64,000 bases of DNA from Raillietiella orientalis. Its lineage: Eukaryota. The translations under genes were made by a program, and so were the position numbers. Positions 56,451 through 64,000 of the stretch are shown in pieces. The DNA is taken from positions 248,001 through 312,000 of the forward strand of contig JAYWIR010000081.1 of the NCBI GenBank assembly GCA_036172245.1, in the 5' to 3' direction. The notes beneath the pieces were generated by a model, which searched no databases, was not told the DNA's origin, and worked only from the letters and a program-made list of their open reading frames with translations. The first letter of the stretch is position 1. Every line of letters begins with the position of its first letter.

Positions 56451-58210
56451 GCCCCACTCTCCTGTCCTGAGCCGAACTGTGGTAAGAACTGCCGCTATCG
56501 GAAGGCTCTTGTTTACCACTCTCGCTGGCATGACTAGCTCGTCAGCGCTGAGGAAAGAGATTATATGTGAGGGCAGTGGGCGGCACCATCTGCGCTACCA
56601 ACTAGTCGTCTGCTCATGCTTCGTTCGTACTTAGGCTACCGCCCCCTCACCTTGAGCCCTTAACATCACCGTTTGGCTAACCGGACTTGACCAACAACAC
56701 CTGATGCGTCTCAGGTGTGGCAGGGCGTTCCCCCGCAGTAGGCATGTAACCAGATCTCGGCGTATTGGACTGCTGCGTGCAAAGCTTCCACGCCAGCGAA
56801 TAACTTTCCCCAGTGAGAGTGAATTTTCTGTTGTTTCGTTCTCCGCCCGTGGTTCCCGGTTGGACGTATTTAGGGAAAAACGCTTAGGCGAACTCAGTTT
56901 TACCCGAAGTTGTGCTGCCCCTGCTCGTCCGCCTAGAATCTTGGGAACTAATCTAAGAACGCAACTGATAGGTCTGGATGAGACCATTAGGATAGATGCT
57001 GCTCTGAGCTCGGAAGCCCTCACCGTGGACTGGTGGGGATCAGAGATACCTGTGCTTTACACTGCGTATGGCTTTATACAAAGCACTTTTTGTCTTCGCC
57101 CCTTGTGTTGCCTTCGGCACGTTCTGCGCCACCAAACATGTCGCTTAGATAACTTCAAAGGCTGTGTCTTCGGAATCGTCGCTGAGCTATTATAGTCGTT
57201 CTCGACGGTTCCTGTTAAGTGCAGTGCCATTCGCGTCGACACCAAGCAATAATTTTCCAGTGTTAACTGCTGAGCAGGGCTTTCGCGCTGCTTCTTGGGA
57301 CGATGTAGTTATCCCTGACTATGAACCTATAGACATGTCTCCCTTTGACCCCCTTGGGATCAATAGTTGCCTGCGACTATGCGTTCATTGCACCGGGAGC
57401 AGATGGAATTCCATTCTTAACGTTTCGCCGAATGTATCCAGAATGCAGGTTCCTTGTGGCCATATTCAATATGTCTCGCTCACCGTTGCAACCCCTTAAA
57501 TGGAAGCAACCTCGTACCACTATTATTCCCAAGGCAGAGGCCGAGCAATTGCATGATTTTTCCAGTTGCGCTGAATTGCAATCAGCCGCACAATAGGCAA
57601 AATATTTGCCATGTACCTTGCTCGACGGTTACGTGAGTGGATATTCCAGCAACACATCTTAGGCTTGCACCATATAGGTTTCTTCCCGTATGCTCGTGTC
57701 TTAGAGCATAACTATATGTTCCGACACCAAATGGACTACAGCGAGCTGGATTATCGCACGCTGTGTTGCATGGCTCGACCTGAAGGATGCTTTCGCCTGG
57801 ATCCCACAGCCGCAACACCTAAGTGCCTTTCAATGTGCAGGTGCTGACAATAGAATTGTGGAACTAATCTGCCAAATGTACTTTGATAACAGCACGCTAG
57901 TTGTGACCGGTGAAGGATTAGCACCGCCTATTTCTGTGACGCGAGGAGTAAAACTAGGCTGCACCCTATCAGGCCTTTTTCTACATAGTCCTGGAACGTA
58001 TGTGTATGTGTGAAACAGCGTTCCTGGGGCAAATGTTTTACCCTACGCCGACGATCTCGTCGTCCTGGTGGAAGAATGAGACATCACAAAAAGCGCTTGA
58101 CTGCGCTTATGCCATAGCCAGTCGCTTTGGAGTGCACATTAGTGCCAGGAAGTGCGCCTCTTTCCATAACGAGCCTCCCACTCCTCGAATTGTTGGCAAA
58201 CAGCGCTTTT
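56451..58210 (+). mobile_element. Decayed R2/NeSL/Utopia-like non-LTR element (N-terminal C2H2 finger, RT remnants)
   Basis: CPEPNCGKNCRYRKALVYHSRWH (56463-56531); WKQPRTTIIPK, VLEHNY, VAWLDLKDAF (~57765), GVKLGCTLSG, YADDL (58044). The RLE domain itself was not seen. Confidence 0.7.
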
Positions 58211-58229
58211 AAGTCGTTGTGGAGGGAAC

Positions 58230-59300
58230 GAAGGAAAAAACCTGTCAATGGCATCAGATTTCTGCCAAAGGGGAAGATGACATTCGACGAACGCTTGTAG
58301 CTTGTTGCATTGTTTGCACAGGCAAGAGGAAGAATTTCGGGAAGCGGTTGTGAAACACTTCAAGTAAATGTTCGACAGCAATTTGGTATAATAATCCACT
58401 GAGTTGACAACCTTGTTAAACTCCGGCGTAGATCAAAACAGGTTTAGAAAGTTCTGTAACGGTGCATATACTGCTGGAATGTTCAGTGTGCATATCCTTT
58501 ATAATAGGGAGTAAGTAAGCACCAATTCCAAAGTGCCGCAAGGAGGAAAGGATAAGGCCGTGGGGAACAGAAGAGAAAGCATCTTGGAAGTCGAGCCAAC
58601 AATTACAGAGATTTTGAAGATGTACCCTAGCGCGTTCTAACATGGAAGCAAGAAGAAAGTTTTGATCTAGAACGCCGTCATGGGGTGAAAAACCTTTTTG
58701 GTAGGGACCGAGAATAGAATTTTTGAAAATTCATGAACGAAAAACATTCTTACAAATCCTTGGTACTTTGTTGATCATAGTATTGCATTTTCTATTGATT
58801 CGATTAGTCCATAATTAATGTTTTACATGTCTTTTTTTGAATCTATTATGACTATTTTCGGTCATCAATACATGATGTAAACGTCTGCTTTTTGGAAATT
58901 ATTTAGATATAAAGCATCGTATTTGATGTGGATGTTTGGCTATGGTTGTATTTCCTGAGGCCCCTTGATAATCTCTGAAGCAGTGCATGTCTGTTACGTT
59001 GGGTTCTTCGAGCAATATGTAGAGTAGATTTTATTGCAATATTTTTGGTATTTTTCCTTGCATGGGATCGTCTGTGAAATCCTTTGTAAACCTTATGCTG
59101 TTATTTATGAATATTGTATGTTTGTCGTATATTTCTGGTTTTTCGCGCCATATCCGCTTTTCTTTTTTCCTTGTAAATTATTTTTTTCGGAGAAATTATT
59201 AATTGAGGATTGCTTGGAGAGGTCCTTTCATTCCTATAAGCAGAGGTGTTGCTTATGGTTCTTTGAAATTTTACAAAGAGGCACCTTATATATACGGTTA
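58230..59300 (-). mobile_element. Second decayed R2/NeSL/Utopia-like RT fragment (AT-rich; may extend to ~60050)
   Basis: Reverse strand QKGFSPHDGVLDQNF followed by WLDFQDAFSSVPH. Confidence 0.65.
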
Positions 59301-60294
59301 TGAGAGAGGGCGAAGATTGGGAGTATTTGAGTTAAGAGTGTTTATTGAATGTGGAGGTCTGGCAGAAATAGGTTCAAGAAATGCCAGGCCGTTTTCTTGA
59401 ACTTCGAAAACTGAGAATCTGTTGATGTGGGGATTGGTGCGAAATAAGCAGTAGAATAGACACCTCAATTGCGCTCTGCCCAGGATCTGTTTGTGCCATC
59501 TCTAGTGATTTTGAGGACCTCTGGAGGGGGTAAAAGAGGAACATTTTGGTGCGAGCATTTATAAACAGAAGGATTGGGATTGACGTAAGAAGGGGATGGC
59601 TTTCGATTATTCCTGAAACATATGGTGTTCAATAGGAAGCGTTAGAGTGGAATTAGACTCTTGGCAAATAAGATCATGAGTATGCAAGAGAATTTTATGA
59701 TGAAGTTTCAGGTGAGTACCAGCTTTGGAGTACCAATTGTTCTCGACTCCATTGTTCTCGCACACCATTTACAGGAGGATAAAACGCACTTAAGTGCGCT
59801 GTTCACAGGAAACTTTACACTAAGGTGATTGTTACGGGAGAGGATAATGTCATTGTGCAAGAGAGAAACGAACAGACTTGCTAATGTAGGAGTGGGAATT
59901 TTCGGAGGTACTTGCTGCAGCATTGAATTCTCAGCAAAGGGATTCATAGTAGGGGGATTGCAAATTGCCGAAGAAGACAATGGTAGGATTGACCATACGG
60001 AAGAGAAGAGGAAGCAGATTGGAAGCGGTCATCCAAGGCGACGGGAATGTTGAATTTCGCCTTGCAGGACTACTTGAAAGTAGAGGCGCTTCCAAAGGAT
60101 AAACTGGAAAACCAAGCTCTTACTGACTCAGAACTCTCCTTAAAAATTGCAAACATAAAAATAGCTTACCAAGATAGCACCTTCTCCCGTTTCAATTTCG
60201 AGGAGACTCGCAGGAACGCACTAGCAGGTGCACCACAACTCCGGCACAACAAGCAGAAGACGGAACTGGAGCTAAAGCTCCAGTTGTTCCAATG

Positions 60295-61240
60295 TCAGAA
60301 GTCCGAGGCGACCGTTCCTACGCGGAGCGCACAGGGCCTTGAAGCGGACGCGAGCCTTCCCGTTGCCCCAAAGGGCGATGAGGAGGTCCTTCGTCCGCTG
60401 TTTGATTCGATCTGTGGAGGTGCAAACAAAAAGTAGGGAACCGAGGAGAGGAGCCGCGAACGTGTTCGAAACAGCAGACCGTTCAGGCAGGAAAGACCTG
60501 CAGCCTCGTAACGGGCCGATCGCCTTCTGGACTTTCTAGAGTCAGCCGGACCACGGTTCCGCAGGGGAATAGTCCCCCAATGGTACACCAAGGTACTCGA
60601 AGTACCTCACTGTGGGATCCCCAAGCCGAACTAGTACTGCTGCCCTGCCCACGCCGCACCAATTGGCATCACGGACTTCGCCCTGCTCACCGGAAGATTC
60701 GGTTCCCCGATTCAGCAGGGCGAAGAACTCGACCGCCTAAGCCGAGGAGGACATAGGGAGCAGCAGAAGTAGGTCGTCCGCATATGCCGAAACCGCAGGT
60801 GTACCGACGCAGTCGTGCGGCGGGTGCGCTAGAGGTTCCCTCAACGCTCTCAGTGCCAACTTAAGGTAAGAACTCAAGAGCAAGGAGCTCAGGCTGTCTT
60901 CATGCCGGATCCCACGCCGTAATGGCACGCCATGCACGGTATGCACGATGAAAGTAAGATTATTTAGCGCGTCGCGCCAGCTGAAGCGCAGATAGGCCAA
61001 TAATGAAGCCGAGAAGACCAAGCGTTCCAGAAGCTCCAGCGAGATATTCTGGTCGGCGCTATCAAATGCTTTACGCTGGTCGACAGCAACCGCAAGGGCT
61101 CTTTCACCCGACCATCCGAACCATGGCTGACGGACTCACCAGAATTCCGGCTGCGAATCAAGCCCCTTTGATGTTGGAGCTGCAAGCAAGTGGAAGCATG
61201 GGAGAGGTTCGCGTCCACGTTTCGCCCGGAAACACCATAT
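60295..61240 (-). pseudogene. Old Tx1-type RT fragment
   Basis: VSGRNVDANL, RRGIRHEDSLS, SAYADDLLLLLP, EYLGVPLGDY, LCAPRR. Confidence 0.85.
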
Positions 61241-61940
61241 AACATATATACTACTAGCTCATGTACCACTAGAGTTTCAAACTGCATAATAATAATTTTT
61301 GATAATCGCCAATTCAAAGTGTTTTTCCACGTAAAATGCAATACTGTATAGGCAATTCAAAGATTCATATATACCTAATTATTGTGATATAAACCAGCTT
61401 CCAACTAAAAATCATTAAGAAGAACTTTCGGCGCAGTACCATCCCAAATTTATTACAAATATCTATGGAATACCAAAATTTATTTAAAAAAGTTTTCTCT
61501 TTTCATCCTTAGAAAATATTTCTTCAAGTATACCTTTTGATTAAAGAGAAAATGTTCTTCATAGTTTCTTTTTATTTCTACAATTTTACAAGCATCTTTC
61601 ACTATATACATTCAAAGTAATATACCATACACTGAAAATAAATAAATGTTATAACTATCAATTTGGATTGAATATAAATGATGATCTATCCGAATTCCGC
61701 TTTCTAGATTTAATATTGATATTGCATTTAAAATCAGGTATAAAACTCTTCTTTCATTAAAGCAAATTATTGAGGTATGTCAATGTCTTTTTGTTTCATA
61801 ATATAATTTGCATGCTCGTATATATATACGAAATACATTCATATATATGCATATCCGAAACGACGAACCTTTATCAGCGGGAACGACGCATTCTGCTGCG
61901 CGAATCTTCAAATTCGACCACGTATCAATGTGACAATCGT

Positions 61941-62500
61941 AGCGCTGATTGCGGATTAGCGCCGCTATCCAGGTCGGCCGCGCTGATCTGCAAGTGAAGC
62001 GACGGATCAGCGTCGCGAACGACGACTACCACGCTGATCTCGGATTCGCTGGCGGGATCAGCGTTGCGACCGCCGACCGTCGCGCGGATCTCCGAATCTC
62101 GGGCGAGATCAGCGCAGCGGATGCCTACCGCCGCGCTGATCCAGCAAACCTCGGACAGATCAGCGCAGCGGATGCCTACCGCCGCGCTGATCCAGCAAAC
62201 CTCGGACAGATCAGCGCAGCGGATGCCTACCGCCGCGCTGATTCAGCAAACCTCGGACAGATCAGCGCCGCGACCGCCGAACGACGCGCTGATCTTGGAT
62301 TCTTGGGCGAGATCAGCGCCGCGATCGCGGTCGGCAGCGCTGATCTGCAAGGGAAGCGGCGGATCAGCGCTGCGAACAGCCACTAGGCGCTGAACTTGGT
62401 AAGCCGAGCGGCATCAGCGCCGCGGATGACGAACGCTTCGCTGATCCATGGCACTACGGACGGATCAGCGCCGCGAACGGCGACCGTCGCGCTCATCTAG
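61941..62500. repeat. 51-bp-period array of alternately inverted GATCAGCGC / GCGCTGATC motifs (11 units)
   Basis: Unit = GATCAGCGC-N17-GCGCTGATC-N16; three central units nearly identical, the others with divergent spacers. Confidence 0.9.
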
Positions 62501-64000
62501 GATTAAAAAATGTAATCAGAAATAGCATCCTCTTCGAAAGCTTTGACCTTAAACCACCAAGCTTTATGCGCAGCTGCACTCCTAATGGCGCTCAGAAGTG
62601 AAAGGATTATAGGGAGAATAGCAGAGAAATTCAAAAGAATTACGTAAGATACATGAAGATGGCTACCTTACGTGTGCCCTCTTCCTCATTCGGAAAACAA
62701 ACCACTCCTTTCAGTTCTTGTACTCATTCAGGCGTTGTGTGCAAGAAATGTTTTCTCATTCGAATATTCGAAGAAACGAATCCATCTCTTTGCCGCACAT
62801 GTCCTCTCAAGAAACGATGCCAGTAGCAGCTAGGCAGTTAATCCCAAATATTTGATGTCCTGCATATAATCCATTCCATTCAAGAGATCACACAATCAAG
62901 ACAAGAAAGATCCTTCCGGTAAGAAAGCATTGATTTGTCTTGTGACTTCAACGCAATAGGATGGCACACCATTCATTTGTTTACGCAATTACGAGTTTAC
63001 ACTCAGGTGTTAACAAAAATGTGCGATTCTTTCTCTGCATTAATGTACTCTGATCGATATAATTGTCTCTGGTCGTGCCGGGAAGCTGTCAGAATTCTTA
63101 TTTATAGACTCATCCGTACAAGAGAGAAGCATGCCTCACGTACTATCCAACTTTGCGGTAGTGCTGTGTGTCGCTGTCAATAGAAGAGGATATAGAAAAG
63201 TATAAAACGGCTCATTTCAAGGTGGTTATTGTTTCAAAGTGTGAATGTTACGATGATGCTTTGAACTTCGGTATGATTAACGTTTGAAGTGATTACGGAA
63301 AAGTTTTTCTTTTTAATCGCCAGGGAATAGCACTTAGCAGGAAAGAAAGGCAGAATTCGAAAGTAGTCTACTCATTTATCCGATTCATCAGAGTTTCTTT
63401 CAACGATAATTTAATTGAAATCCTGGAAAATTTACCAGTCAAAGGAAATTAATTATACGTGTTCTAAAGTATAACTGCTTTCGATTGCGCAATGACATTT
63501 CGAAAAATTCACTTTTGTTAGTATGAATCGGCAAAAAAGCAGCTAATTTCTTTTTTTTTGTTACAAAGGCGAATGTCCTCTTGACGCATTGCGGATTTCG
63601 AGGATGTCATTATCGCGAAGTAGCACGAATATGCTTTTCATTTTAGGCAGACTCTGCAAAGGAAACGTAACTAATGAATGTTGAGGCGCAAGGAAATAAG
63701 AAGTAGGTTGATGGTTGGAAAATAACAGTTTCTAATTTGAGCATATCCTGTGATGTAGGGAGATAATTTCCTTTTTAATAAACTTTCTTTCTTTCTTTTC
63801 ATTTTTTCTTTTTTTCTTTCTTTTCTTTTCATTATAATATACACTGCAATTACAACTTTGCATAATAAGTAGTTGTGTTATGGTCTCTGCATATGCTGCT
63901 CTAAAGCTGCATATCTATAAGGGATTTCATCAATAGCGTGAATCGAAATATGAAATTACAAAACCGAACGTCAAGTGTAGTTTCGAGAGTAATATCACAG

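Noticed and set aside
61941..62500. CRISPR-like repeat/spacer appearance and the 145-aa repeat ORF at 61949-62386
   Set aside because: Repeats are only 9 bp and alternately inverted, spacers are 16-17 bp and partly duplicated, there are no cas genes and the context is eukaryotic. The ORF follows from the 51-bp GC-rich period.
62500..64000. Possible host exon or gene in the AT-rich tail
   Set aside because: No convincing ORF, domain or splice pattern visible.

Overview
Eukaryotic, repeat-saturated window with no recognisable host gene. About 1-56.4 kb is a dense cluster of GC-rich non-LTR retrotransposons of the L1/Tx1 type: ORF1 has two CCHC zinc knuckles and a disordered tail, and ORF2 has an APE endonuclease, a reverse transcriptase (YADD) and a C-terminal CCHC finger. 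At least eight related lineages are present (working labels A, A', B, C, D, E, F, G, H, X). The junctions are not random. Each lineage sits at a particular short sequence inside the coding region of a sister lineage: the GDFN catalytic motif of the endonuclease, the DLHKAFD motif of the RT, the GFGEG linker, or ORF1 sites. Several sites were hit independently more than once, with 9-13 bp target duplications and head-to-tail arrays. The result is deep nesting and an apparently cyclic network of retrotransposons that target each other. All intact 3' ends terminate in AATAAA-like + CCCGG-loop-CCGGG hairpin rather than a long poly(A). One copy (35490-41072) has an intact 1185-aa ORF2. The last 7.5 kb holds decayed R2/NeSL/Utopia-like RT elements, an old Tx1 fragment, a 51-bp-period array of alternately inverted 9-mers, and AT-rich DNA. 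Family labels and boundaries were assigned by eye.
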